Shown: in pieces, positions 17,741 through 27,539 of the stretch
Numbering within the stretch: the first letter of the stretch is position 1
Layout of the letters: each line of letters starts with the position of its first letter
Virus record (IMG/VR): IMGVR_UViG_2529292890_000001
Span: 1 to 38,560 of that record
Source: a virus
Taxonomy: Duplodnaviria > Heunggongvirae > Uroviricota > Caudoviricetes
Length of the DNA stretch: 38,560 nt
Reading direction: 5' to 3' (one strand)
Position numbers and translations under genes: made by a program
Notes under the pieces: model-generated
Told to the model about the DNA's origin: nothing
Seen by the model: only the letters and a program-made list of their open reading frames with translations
Database searches by the model: none

Positions 17741-20250
17741 TGCGGAATATCTCCGGAGAATCTCTGACGCTTCTGTGTCAGATTAAGAACAACGGGAGAA
17801 CCATCATCTTTCAGCAGATAACCAGTACCAAGTTTAACCAGGTACTGACTATCGCCGTAACTTTGCAAACCATACTGACCAGGCGGTGTTTTTATCCCGG
17901 AGCCGACAACTTGTTCATTCCAAGCCTGATTAACCTGCTTATCGAATTGCTCTGCAGACATTCCCCACGGCAAAAGGACATTCCCCATTCCGTTATAGTC
18001 ATGCACGCCACCTGTAGCTACGTTAACAGCCTGTTTCCAGACATCATTGTCAATTTCGCCTGATACCACGCCTTTTTTCGCCATCACACCAGCGTAATAA
18101 TCCTTTGCGATCTCGTATGCCATTGATGCGCCCTGAGCGTCACCAGCAAATGCATCCTTCACCATGTCAGAAAACTCAAGGCGAAGATCAGCATCTTTAG
18201 GCATCGGAATACCTTTCGCATCATCAGTACCTTTACGAGCCGCCGCGCCAGCAAGAATTGTCTGCGCAGCGGTTTCAGGAGACACGGAAACATCCGGATT
18301 AAACCAGTTTTTTTCTGCCAAAATACCACCAGGCTTATCCATCAGTATCCCGGCAACGGCAGCAGATGGAGCGTTGGCACTGATCTGCTGTAGTGCTGAC
18401 ATATACACCTGCCCACCACCAGTGCTCTGCCTGATGGTATCGAGATATGCTGCCTGTTGGGAAACTGGAGCATCACGAAAGAAAACACCGATCTGATTGG
18501 CCTCGTCTTTGGAAAAGAACGTCAGTGGAGTGCCATATGACTTAGCAAGGTCACTGACCTGAGCGGCACGCAAGGCAACGCTCTGTCCAAAGTTATCCTT
18601 ATTGCTCATGTCGATAGGCTTTGCCTGTCCGGAGGCAAGAGAGAACTGCACAGGATCCGACTGCCGCTGCTTTATCACCTGATTTGCAGCCGAAACAACG
18701 TTGTCATAAAGAGCTGCGCGTGCCGCATACCCCTCCCCTGTTTCACCAGTATCCGGGCGTAATTGCTCAACATATGCTGTAATGCTGCTTGTCGGCATGT
18801 TGCGGAAAGAGCCGATATACTGTCCGGCGATCTGCGTATTCTTAAACTCGGTATATCGCAGGTTTCCTTCTCTGACTCCATAAGCTGCAATAAAATCATC
18901 CTCACCAGGTGGGTTAGGAAATTCAACGCCACGCATATACGCAGCCGTCGCATCGCGAACCCGGCTGTCGAGCATCGTTTTATATTCAGCCTGCTGTTGT
19001 CTGGCTAGTGCATCAGTCTGTCGCAACACGCTGGCCTGATCTGATTCACTTAAAGCATCGAACCAGGCTACACCGGTATAACGTTTATTTTTTGTCGGTA
19101 GCTGAGAAAGCCCCAGCGCAGCACTAACACCTGCAGTTAACTGCTGATCACTGTATGGCTGGCTACCGTTTTCATGATGGATAATGGCTGCACAAAGCGC
19201 CTTCAGGGTATCAGGATTTGATGCATCGAGAGGCTCATCAGCAGAAACGCCAAGTTGTTCGCACACTGCTTTGATATACGACATAGTGTCATTTTTATCA
19301 GTAGGCGGTGCCCAGCGATTAATTATCTCGCTGACGGTATCAATACCCTGCCGCTGATACGACATCAGGTTCCGCCCTAATGCACGAATACCGTGTTCAG
19401 GGGTTTCGAATTTGGCAAAGCGACCATCATCACCAGTCTGCCCAACCCACGGATTAGTTTTGCTGTATTCAAGATTGCCGGGGTTATTGTTGCGTATACC
19501 GCGGGTACGATCGGAAGAGCCACTATCTGCTACAGCACGGCGAGATCCAGCAGCAGTATCGCTTAACTCGCCGTTTTGCTGTCTTACCTGAAGATAGTTT
19601 GCTCCAATAGCATTTTGAGCAGTTGCTTTTGCTGTTGCTTCTTTAAACTCGATTTTCTTGGCCTGGATTTGCTCGTCACTCCAGCCATGTGCAATGCCGT
19701 AATCCTCAATTTGCTGGAAAGTTTGCTTATTAGCCAATACGTATGCGACGTTGTCGCCATACAATGCTGCGGCATTTTTACCATTGTTCAGCAGCGTAGC
19801 CTGAAACTGGCCTTCTTCGTAGGCATTTATTTGCCCTATCTCGTGCCGCCCTGCCTGCGTAGTGAACTGAATGCGCTGCTGCTGCGCCTGCTGCATGAAA
19901 GCATTACGAGCCTGTTCATCCGGCAGCGACATAGCCAGTTGTTCGACCTGAGCATCAAACTGCTGCGTATACTCCTGACCTTTTCCAATAGCATTTTTCC
20001 CTTTCAGGTTAAGCAATCCTGTTTCAGGATTATTCAGCAGATCACTGCTTATCTGACTGAGGTTAAGAGATGCCTCCTGAGCCAGAGCGATATTGGCACG
20101 CTGTTTTGCCTGACCAAAAACATCAATTGCCTCTGTCCCTGCCCGAACAAAAGCATCACCAATACCTGGCTGAGAAAACGTCTGCAAGCCTGCTGACTGA
20201 ACTCCACGGCTCTGAACCTGACGGCCGGATACTGTTGGTACGACTGGCAT
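17737..20250 (-). CDS. Large internal virion protein with a possible cell-wall-hydrolase-like segment
   Basis: 837 aa from the ATG at 20250 (RBS GGAGG; track ORF starts at 20325); internal segment GIRNNNPGNL...RWAPP...; domain assignment is tentative. Confidence 0.45.
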   Translation of the reverse strand: MPVVPTVSGRQVQSRGVQSAGLQTFSQPGIGDAFVRAGTEAIDVFGQAKQRANIALAQEASLNLSQISSDLLNNPETGLLNLKGKNAIGKGQEYTQQFDAQVEQLAMSLPDEQARNAFMQQAQQQRIQFTTQAGRHEIGQINAYEEGQFQATLLNNGKNAAALYGDNVAYVLANKQTFQQIEDYGIAHGWSDEQIQAKKIEFKEATAKATAQNAIGANYLQVRQQNGELSDTAAGSRRAVADSGSSDRTRGIRNNNPGNLEYSKTNPWVGQTGDDGRFAKFETPEHGIRALGRNLMSYQRQGIDTVSEIINRWAPPTDKNDTMSYIKAVCEQLGVSADEPLDASNPDTLKALCAAIIHHENGSQPYSDQQLTAGVSAALGLSQLPTKNKRYTGVAWFDALSESDQASVLRQTDALARQQQAEYKTMLDSRVRDATAAYMRGVEFPNPPGEDDFIAAYGVREGNLRYTEFKNTQIAGQYIGSFRNMPTSSITAYVEQLRPDTGETGEGYAARAALYDNVVSAANQVIKQRQSDPVQFSLASGQAKPIDMSNKDNFGQSVALRAAQVSDLAKSYGTPLTFFSKDEANQIGVFFRDAPVSQQAAYLDTIRQSTGGGQVYMSALQQISANAPSAAVAGILMDKPGGILAEKNWFNPDVSVSPETAAQTILAGAAARKGTDDAKGIPMPKDADLRLEFSDMVKDAFAGDAQGASMAYEIAKDYYAGVMAKKGVVSGEIDNDVWKQAVNVATGGVHDYNGMGNVLLPWGMSAEQFDKQVNQAWNEQVVGSGIKTPPGQYGLQSYGDSQYLVKLGTGYLLKDDGSPVVLNLTQKRQRFSGDIPQ

Positions 20251-20795
20251 TATAATCCTCCGGGTAATCTGGTTCCTGCTGCTGCCCCGATTGGCGCAGG
20301 GGTGCTTTGAGTAAACGGACTCCACGTCCCACCAAACATCTGGTACGCACCGTATGCCTTCAGAGGCGCAGTGAGCAATGTTGTTGCTGCTCCCACATTC
20401 CCCTGTTTACGGGCTGAACTGGCTTCTGCTTTATAGTTGGCAGCCTGAACCTGATAACCGTAAGCCTCGCGTTGCGCGTTATTCACCGTCGTCAGCGAAT
20501 CAAGAGCGCCAAACTGAGCAGTGTCACCAAATATATCCAGCGCGTTACCTGTAGATAAATCGGCGCCGGTCGCCCCCATTGTCGCCGCCTGTGTACCAAG
20601 CCGCTGTCGGGTCTCTCTGCGCCGTTGCTCAGCTTCAGCGTTACCCCTGTTTATTGCATCATTTGCCTGAGCTGTGGCTATATCTGCGTTCGCTTCTGCA
20701 ACCTTCGAGGCATACCTTACCTGTTGGTACTGGGTGTATGCCTGAATGCCACTCATGGCGAGCATTGCGCCACCAGCAATAACCGGATCGCACAT
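20250..20795 (-). CDS. Small internal virion protein (T7 gp14-like position)
   Basis: 181 aa, Ala/Gln/Gly-rich, between the nozzle-side genes and the large ejection proteins. Confidence 0.4.
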   Translation of the reverse strand: MCDPVIAGGAMLAMSGIQAYTQYQQVRYASKVAEANADIATAQANDAINRGNAEAEQRRRETRQRLGTQAATMGATGADLSTGNALDIFGDTAQFGALDSLTTVNNAQREAYGYQVQAANYKAEASSARKQGNVGAATTLLTAPLKAYGAYQMFGGTWSPFTQSTPAPIGAAAGTRLPGGL

Positions 20796-21259
20796 TATTT
20801 TCTCTCCATGTGAAATCTGTGGAAATTAAGACCAAGAGCACCATAAGGCGCGGCTTCTTCAAGCCTGAATCCAAGCCAGTGCAGCCATGCTTTGGCAACA
20901 TGGTTTCGCTCGTCGACGTAGTTTTCCAGGCGCGGATAAACTGCCAGCATCTGCTGCAATACAGGGCGGCAGTGGCGAAGAAATGTCTTCTGATATTTTT
21001 CAATACGGCTGGTTCCGACCAGCCAGGGCGTACCATTGCCACCGATCATTGACGCCGGAGATACGCCAAACATGGTTACCAGTTCTCCGTTCGCAAATCC
21101 TGACCAAGCCATAGTCGCAGTACGCAGACCAACACGCAGCGCATCTTCGGTAGTCATCAGTGATACCGCATACAGTTCGTCAATATCAGCCTGACGAACA
21201 TCCGGCAAAATCATCTGAAGATGCTCTTCGGTTGCGGGAATAATTTGAACATCGATCAT
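20795..21259 (-). CDS. Virion-associated hypothetical protein
   Basis: 154 aa; translationally coupled at both ends within the tail/ejection operon. Confidence 0.4.
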   Translation of the reverse strand: MIDVQIIPATEEHLQMILPDVRQADIDELYAVSLMTTEDALRVGLRTATMAWSGFANGELVTMFGVSPASMIGGNGTPWLVGTSRIEKYQKTFLRHCRPVLQQMLAVYPRLENYVDERNHVAKAWLHWLGFRLEEAAPYGALGLNFHRFHMERK

Positions 21260-23730
21260 CAGAATCCCCCAACAGTAAGACGAGGAATAACGGCAAGAAC
21301 AGACAGCGGCAACGGATCAAGCTGACGGATTTTTACACGTCCGTTTTTGCCCCAGTTACTGTCTAGTTTCACTTCTACTTTTCCGGTAGCATCATCAACA
21401 GGATCATCGTAGAACTCGAATTCACGCTGTGGATATTCGTACCATTTACCGCCGGGCGTAGTCGCCCAGATGCCGCGACTGGCATTCACAACCAGAGTAA
21501 CGGAGGGGATCACCTGTTTTTTGTCCAGCAGCGTTTCCTGTCCGTTAATGTTGATATCCAGTGTTTCGAATTCAGCAGTTATTGGCAGGCCGATGTGCAC
21601 TACAGCCCCCGGAGATTCCAGCGTGACGGCACCTCCGGAAACCACTTTCTGTGGTTCCACGTTCGCATCAGAGAGAATGTTTACGGTCTGGCCTTCAAGA
21701 TGAGACAGGCCTCCAAATGTCCGGCGCGCCATCTGCCAGTTCGTGGTGGCCACATTCCTGAGGGATGGCGGGACGTTCCTGTTAGCACGAACCACTACAG
21801 CGGTATTGCTGGTTACAGAAATAATGTCGCAACGTAATTCTTTTGACACTTCATCGCCAGTATCAGGATCAGTTCCGGTATAAGGGAACTGTAGTTGCGC
21901 ACCGACATCACTACTGGTGAAGTACGCACCACCAGAAACACTGATTGTATATTCCGCGCGGTAATCCCATTCGCCAGAACCACCAGTGATTGTCATCGTT
22001 CTGTCAGACGTATTTCTTCCATCATAGCTAAGGCCAGAATCAACAAAGAAAGCGTCTTCATCGCTGGTAAATAAACGGCTGGACAGCCGCTCGATGTATC
22101 TCACTGTTTGCCCGTTAACGGTTCGGTTAACGACGAAATACACCGCATCTTCATTGCCTTCGCTGATACTGCATGTGCTTTCATATTTTCCGGTACTGGA
22201 TTGTGGTGCCCATGCAAAAACCTGCTGATCACGCAAATAGGTCATCACCAGTAATTTACCGTCATCACGAATGCAGAAGGCGCTGGAGTAAGGGACAATA
22301 GAGAAGCACCAGTCAACAATGCTGTGCTTCTGAAAAAGATGATTGGCAAGGATAGTAAGGTCGTTCCCCTGATAGCCGTCAACATCGAATGAATAGGCCA
22401 GATCACGGACAACACTGCCTTTCTCCTGGACGAACAGAGCAATATTCGCCACGGCAATTGGTGGGACGTTGCTTGAGCCATTTGATCCCTGAGAGCTGAA
22501 TGCAAATGATGATGGGGTTAACACTTTGTTCTGGTCGCCGGTGATGACGTACTCACCTCCGGAAGTCAGCGCCACCAGCGAACCAACATCAATCAGGTGG
22601 CGGATCTCATTAACCTGACGCCCGGCATAGGTGTAGATAATTCTGTCGTCATCCTGCGTAGGATTGCTTTTGCCAAAATCCTTATAATCCCCGGTACGGC
22701 TGGCCCAGATAGTCTGAGGGAACGCAGTCGATGCGGCGAAGTAAAGACGTTGTTGATAATAAACAACAGTGCCAGGATAACCATTAACACTGTTCCAGGC
22801 ATATTTAGCCCATTTATAGCTGGCATTATCCTCGCCAACGACCTGCGAAGGAATATAGGAAATCACCTCGGCAGTTGCAGTAGTTCCATTTGCAGCAGTG
22901 ATACGGGCAATGCCAAAACCACTGTGCAGATATTCCCACTCAATGCCAGTATCATCATCACCGGATCCACCCCAGCCATCCCATGATGTGCCTTCTGTAT
23001 GCGAAGGGCGCAAAGTACCTGTTTTGCCTGCTGTAACGGCGCGATAGTAGTTACTGTCTGCACGGCGAATATCGCCAATCGACGTACTCTTACTGGTTTC
23101 CCATACCGGCACTGAATCCACTGCAGGCTGTTCCAGATAGAACAATTTGCCTACCTGCTCCGCGCCAAAAATAGAGGCGCTTGCCGTTAACGTAATTGTC
23201 CCGGTGCTGGCGCTGGCATAAACCGTCACTGACTCGTCAATATTGATATCTTCAAATGGCCCGTTCTTCGTTACCACATCAACCAGTTGCCAGTTGTCAT
23301 GAGCATAGCGACGCAACTCTTTCGGCGGGTATGCCGGATGAACAAGCGTAAGCACGTCGGCGCTTTGCGTGAATTTAATTCGGAACAGATCGGCTTCAGT
23401 ATATGGCGTGGCAATTTCATAAATAACATTGCTGCTGTTCAGCACCAACGCACCATCTTTGATAACGCGCATGTACTGGTGTCCGAACTCCAGAGCATAG
23501 GTCTGAACCGTCGAGAACTGGAACGGGATCAGGCGGCATTTCCGATTTGGGTATTTGGCGGCACCGACAAAACGCGTACCTGGTCGATTCTCAACGCCGC
23601 CATACTGCCGCACGATAAAGTTATCGCACTTGCGCAATGCCACCTGGTACTTCGCCATGTCAATACGCCCGTACAACGACGGTCCAATCTCACCACCGGC
23701 AAAGCTGGGCTGGATCCAACTGATAGCCAT
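21259..23730 (-). CDS. Tail nozzle protein (T7 gp12 / tail tubular protein B-like)
   Basis: 823 aa; N terminus MAISWIQPSFAGGEIGPSLY resembles the T7 gp12 N terminus; directly follows the gp11-like gene. Confidence 0.55.
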   Translation of the reverse strand: MAISWIQPSFAGGEIGPSLYGRIDMAKYQVALRKCDNFIVRQYGGVENRPGTRFVGAAKYPNRKCRLIPFQFSTVQTYALEFGHQYMRVIKDGALVLNSSNVIYEIATPYTEADLFRIKFTQSADVLTLVHPAYPPKELRRYAHDNWQLVDVVTKNGPFEDINIDESVTVYASASTGTITLTASASIFGAEQVGKLFYLEQPAVDSVPVWETSKSTSIGDIRRADSNYYRAVTAGKTGTLRPSHTEGTSWDGWGGSGDDDTGIEWEYLHSGFGIARITAANGTTATAEVISYIPSQVVGEDNASYKWAKYAWNSVNGYPGTVVYYQQRLYFAASTAFPQTIWASRTGDYKDFGKSNPTQDDDRIIYTYAGRQVNEIRHLIDVGSLVALTSGGEYVITGDQNKVLTPSSFAFSSQGSNGSSNVPPIAVANIALFVQEKGSVVRDLAYSFDVDGYQGNDLTILANHLFQKHSIVDWCFSIVPYSSAFCIRDDGKLLVMTYLRDQQVFAWAPQSSTGKYESTCSISEGNEDAVYFVVNRTVNGQTVRYIERLSSRLFTSDEDAFFVDSGLSYDGRNTSDRTMTITGGSGEWDYRAEYTISVSGGAYFTSSDVGAQLQFPYTGTDPDTGDEVSKELRCDIISVTSNTAVVVRANRNVPPSLRNVATTNWQMARRTFGGLSHLEGQTVNILSDANVEPQKVVSGGAVTLESPGAVVHIGLPITAEFETLDININGQETLLDKKQVIPSVTLVVNASRGIWATTPGGKWYEYPQREFEFYDDPVDDATGKVEVKLDSNWGKNGRVKIRQLDPLPLSVLAVIPRLTVGGF

Positions 23731-24338
23731 CAGGACAACCTCGCAATGGTAAACTCGTCAACCGGTGGCTGTGGTTCCTGTGATTCATTCTGGCTATGCG
23801 AGCCAGCACTAAGAATCACGCGATTGTACATATTGAGAGCAAATGTACCGAGATCCGCATTCCCAGTCAGCGCCATGTTAATGGCTGCCGCAAGACGCCA
23901 GGCCAGCGCCTCCATAAAAATGGCATCAAACATGTTTACATCTGAAACGCGAGAGACATACTTGAGCCATGCCTGCGGCTGGTCTGTGTAGATCAATTTT
24001 CCTGTTCCGTTGGTGTCTGCACCAACTTCGTACTGAACGCGCATTGCTGCTGTTGGATTGCGTACACCAGGAAGCATAATTTCAGTAATGCGCAGACAAT
24101 CGGACGGGTACTGATACGCATATTCCCAGTCAGGCGGTGGATTGCTCGTATCTGCAAGCGCCACGCGTTTGGTAGCAAAGTTCCAGTCAAAATCAGAAAG
24201 CACAGCATCACGGCAGGCCTCAAAGTGCAGCGAACATTCCCCCGCTTCCTTGCTGGCTTCCGTCAGGCTGTTAATGCTGCGGCTGTTGCCAATATTGGAC
24301 AGCGCACGATTACAGATCTCTACTACAGAGGCCATCAC
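23730..24338 (-). CDS. Tail adaptor protein (T7 gp11 / tail tubular protein A-like)
   Basis: 202 aa; N-terminal region similar in pattern to T7 gp11; position between head and nozzle genes. Confidence 0.5.
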   Translation of the reverse strand: MMASVVEICNRALSNIGNSRSINSLTEASKEAGECSLHFEACRDAVLSDFDWNFATKRVALADTSNPPPDWEYAYQYPSDCLRITEIMLPGVRNPTAAMRVQYEVGADTNGTGKLIYTDQPQAWLKYVSRVSDVNMFDAIFMEALAWRLAAAINMALTGNADLGTFALNMYNRVILSAGSHSQNESQEPQPPVDEFTIARLS

Positions 24339-24664
24339 TCACCTCCGTTACCGTACAGAGTTTCAGCCGCTGATTTTTCTACATCCCCGGAAACAGGAGC
24401 GATTGCCATATCAGTGATCTGCAGATCGGCGCTGCGATTAACACCATCGTCAGTTTCTCTGGCAGACAGGCCTCGAATAACAGCCTTTGCAGTTATCATC
24501 ACTTCTGTTCCGACGCCCTGAGGTTGCGCCTTCAGCTTATTCAATGTGTCGTTATTAAGAGTGATGCACAGCCCCCACGGGTATTCATCGCGAGTTCTGG
24601 TTTCTCCGCTCTCATCCTGGTAGCTGTCAGTGCCGGTTTTGAGGTTTACGAGTTCCATATACAC
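24335..24664 (-). CDS. Head-tail joining / hypothetical virion protein
   Basis: 109 aa; coupled to the downstream adaptor gene. Confidence 0.4.
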   Translation of the reverse strand: MYMELVNLKTGTDSYQDESGETRTRDEYPWGLCITLNNDTLNKLKAQPQGVGTEVMITAKAVIRGLSARETDDGVNRSADLQITDMAIAPVSGDVEKSAAETLYGNGGE

Positions 24665-24708
24665 TCCTGCAATAAAGGGGCCGAAGCCCCTTGTCGGATT
24701 CGCGAGGC

Positions 24709-25053
24709 TTACACGCCCAGTTCTTTACGCTTATCTGCGATCTTCTCGCGGAGCGTTTCGGCTTTAGCGTTATGGTGTGGCTTCTCGTTAAAGAGCAATT
24801 CGTACTCTTCACGGAGCTTATCCAGTTCACCATCATCTGACACATCATTGATGATTTTGGTGCTGGTTGCTGCCATTGACACCTTTCCTGCAACTTTTGC
24901 TTTTGCCTGTCTGGCTGCATCGTTAACAGGTTCCAGTGCGCTACCAGGCTCACCTTCGTATTCGATTTCTGCCCCCTCCGGCCACAGAGTGTTATGGATA
25001 TGAGAGAGGCGCAGAACGAGGTATCTTGGTTTCTCACCTGACATCGATATCAC
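24709..25053 (-). CDS. Hypothetical head-associated protein
   Basis: 114 aa ORF in the head module; start uncertain (possibly the internal Met at 25044). Confidence 0.35.
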   Translation of the reverse strand: MISMSGEKPRYLVLRLSHIHNTLWPEGAEIEYEGEPGSALEPVNDAARQAKAKVAGKVSMAATSTKIINDVSDDGELDKLREEYELLFNEKPHHNAKAETLREKIADKRKELGV

Positions 25054-25054
25054 C

Positions 25055-25492
25055 TTAACCAGTTACTTTTGAGCGGATCGGATACGGCGTATTGGCATCA
25101 ACATCAAGACTGATACCAGCAGTGAATTCGCCAGCCGTTAGTGGGCCAGTTGCGACGGAGTAGTTAACACGCAGATATCGCTGAACACCGGCAGGCACCT
25201 TTGCAGAAACAACTCGTTTACCTGCTGTCAGGGCGGTCTTTGCCAGTGCGCCACTATCATAAATAGTGGTCCATGAGCTGTTATTTTCACTCGTCTGCAA
25301 CTGGATGTTTACAGTTGCATCACCACTTGCCGTGGCGGCTGTGTTAACCAGCGCCCAAAACTCAAGCGGGTAACCAACGCCGATATCACGACGTTTTCCG
25401 TCAATTGGACCGAGATCGATTACGTCAGTAGAAGCCGCGGTATCAGTTACCGCCTGTGCTTCGGAGAACATCAACAGTTTGTCGGTGATCAT
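25055..25492 (-). CDS. Putative capsid accessory (decoration) protein
   Basis: 145 aa, beta-rich composition, immediately downstream of the major capsid gene. Confidence 0.4.
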   Translation of the reverse strand: MITDKLLMFSEAQAVTDTAASTDVIDLGPIDGKRRDIGVGYPLEFWALVNTAATASGDATVNIQLQTSENNSSWTTIYDSGALAKTALTAGKRVVSAKVPAGVQRYLRVNYSVATGPLTAGEFTAGISLDVDANTPYPIRSKVTG

Positions 25493-25543
25493 CTTCTTTC
25501 TCCATTAGTGGGTCTGTTACGACCCACAGGTTAATAACAGGCG

Positions 25544-26530
25544 TTACACCACGCGGGCTTCTGTTTCCAGAAGCGCATCAGTTTCACGGATTGGTACACC
25601 ACGGAATGAAGTCCACCACTCGCCTTCTGTCTCTTTTACGCTGATAGCCAGAGATGTTTTCTCCAGAGACTGCAGATCAAGAGCCTGGCCTACAGTGCGG
25701 TTCATGTAGAACACCGGGCGGCCCATGCCACGGTTTGGAATGCGATGTAGTGCTTTAACCATCAACTTCGCAATATTTGCGGCAGAGGATGGTTCTGAAA
25801 GATTGCTGACATCGATGTTTGCAATGCGAACAACATAACGCCAGTCACGCAGAGCAAGTCCGTTGTCCCATTTGTAATGGGTACGGTAGCCTTCGTACTT
25901 GCCGCCATTAGCATCTTCCAGTGTCACCTGGCCTTTATCTTCCATCTGGATGCCAGCCTTCTGCCCTTTCGGGAAGATGCCATGCACGGTGTTTTCGCCC
26001 CACACCACTAACCAGATTGAGGTGTTATCTGTACCCGTGCCACCAGCATCAATGATGTTCTGAGCATTACCCGCAGACAGGCTGGAATAGCGGGAGGACA
26101 GTCCCATAAACTGCTGAGGGTTAACGCTGGAATCACCATAAAACAGCGTCTGCGCCATCTGCTGATTCATCGCTTCAATAAATGCGCGGTCTTCAGACAG
26201 GCGGAATTCGGCGGTATTGCCGTTCAGATCAGCCAGTGACTTATCGACTTCCGCATAGGTTTCCAGCATGCCAACGGAATCGGTTACCTGCACTGTGGTT
26301 GATTTGCTTGGCTGTACGCCATAGTTCAGCAAACGCCAGGTAGCTGAAGGTAAACCAGAACGAATGGTGGTTCGGTGTCCGGTAGGAAGGTTCCCTTCGA
26401 CAAAAGGCATATCCTGAAGGATCGGGTTAGTTTGACCGAGAAGCTCGATAATCTTATCGACTTTCCCGTTTGGATCGACGCGCTTACCCCAGTCAGCCAG
26501 CGTCAGCGCAGTTAAGCCTTTAACAGCCAT
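25544..26530 (-). CDS. Major capsid protein (HK97-fold type)
   Basis: About 328 aa; position after the scaffold gene; RBS GAGAGGAA favours the ATG at 26530 over 26536. Confidence 0.7.
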   Translation of the reverse strand: MAVKGLTALTLADWGKRVDPNGKVDKIIELLGQTNPILQDMPFVEGNLPTGHRTTIRSGLPSATWRLLNYGVQPSKSTTVQVTDSVGMLETYAEVDKSLADLNGNTAEFRLSEDRAFIEAMNQQMAQTLFYGDSSVNPQQFMGLSSRYSSLSAGNAQNIIDAGGTGTDNTSIWLVVWGENTVHGIFPKGQKAGIQMEDKGQVTLEDANGGKYEGYRTHYKWDNGLALRDWRYVVRIANIDVSNLSEPSSAANIAKLMVKALHRIPNRGMGRPVFYMNRTVGQALDLQSLEKTSLAISVKETEGEWWTSFRGVPIRETDALLETEARVV

Positions 26531-26544
26531 TGTCATTTCCTCTC

Positions 26545-27246
26545 TTATTTGCCATAGAGCACTTCGGCCGCACTACGCTGGCCTTCATTACCACCGGTGA
26601 CCATGCCATCTTCAGACATCGCCTTTCCGATTTTCACGAACGTTTTGACCAGATCAGGGTGATTACCCAGCCCGGTGGTGTTCAGATATTCTTTGAGTTC
26701 AGGTGTCCCGAACTGGTCAAGCGCACGCTGTGCGGCGCTAAGGTTAGAAATCAACTTGTCGCCACCGATTTCTTTGTCGGCTTTTACATCCGCAGCCCAC
26801 TGCTCGGTTGTTTTCTGCCAGGCTTCTGCCTGGCGCTGCTGAACACCTGCCAGAATCTTCGGATAAGCATCAACCAGCTTTTGCGCTTGCTCGTTGGTCA
26901 GGTTTAGTTCTCGCGCCACCGGCTCGAATTCCTTCAACGCTTCTGTATCCAGCTCTACGCCTTCGGCAGCCTGAAACTCGTACTTTTCAGGCGCACCCTC
27001 TGGTTTATCGCCGTCCTTTTTTTCATCCTGCTTATCGTTTTCAGGCTTTTTGTCATCAGCAGGTTTATCGCCATCAGCAACAGGTTGTGGCTTATCACCT
27101 TCCTGTTGTGATGGATCACCAACTGGAGCAGGGTTATCACCTGCAGGCGCTGACGGTTCTGACGCAGCCGGAGCTGCTCCACCATCGACTGGTTGCTCAT
27201 TGCAAATACGGCGATACAGCAAACGCTCAAATAAATTCATGATCAC
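26545..27246 (-). CDS. Scaffolding protein
   Basis: 233 aa, strongly acidic with Pro/Asp/Lys-rich low-complexity N-terminal half; located between portal and capsid genes. Confidence 0.6.
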   Translation of the reverse strand: MIMNLFERLLYRRICNEQPVDGGAAPAASEPSAPAGDNPAPVGDPSQQEGDKPQPVADGDKPADDKKPENDKQDEKKDGDKPEGAPEKYEFQAAEGVELDTEALKEFEPVARELNLTNEQAQKLVDAYPKILAGVQQRQAEAWQKTTEQWAADVKADKEIGGDKLISNLSAAQRALDQFGTPELKEYLNTTGLGNHPDLVKTFVKIGKAMSEDGMVTGGNEGQRSAAEVLYGK

Positions 27247-27539
27247 TCCTGTTCACTGGCCTCTTTGGCCATCTTCAAATACTGTTCAGGGCAATGCGCC
27301 ATAACGCGCTGAAACAGTTCCAGCGCCAGATTGCGTTGCCCCTCATTAAATGCCATTGCCATAGCGTCCATCGGTGAGATAGCGGAAAACACACGGCCTT
27401 TCTCCAGCACCGACCAGACAACGCGACGCCCCTGTTCACTGCTCATGACAAAGCGAATGTCATCAATTTCACGCTGCGCCATGTCACGTTGCTTACGGGC
27501 GTTTTCTTCTTTCAGTTGATCGTCTTCGTAATCTGTCAT
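27243..27539 (-). CDS. Small head-assembly-associated protein
   Basis: 98 aa; ATGA overlaps at both ends. Confidence 0.4.
   Translation of the reverse strand: MTDYEDDQLKEENARKQRDMAQREIDDIRFVMSSEQGRRVVWSVLEKGRVFSAISPMDAMAMAFNEGQRNLALELFQRVMAHCPEQYLKMAKEASEQE

Noticed and set aside
7855-23991. Numerous 60-230-aa ORFs embedded antisense or out of frame within large genes (for example 7990-8334, 14446-14907, 16714-17190, 19576-20196, 23287-23991, 27662-28399, 31340-31846)
   Set aside because: All lie inside longer, well-supported reading frames on the other strand or frame and lack independent initiation signals
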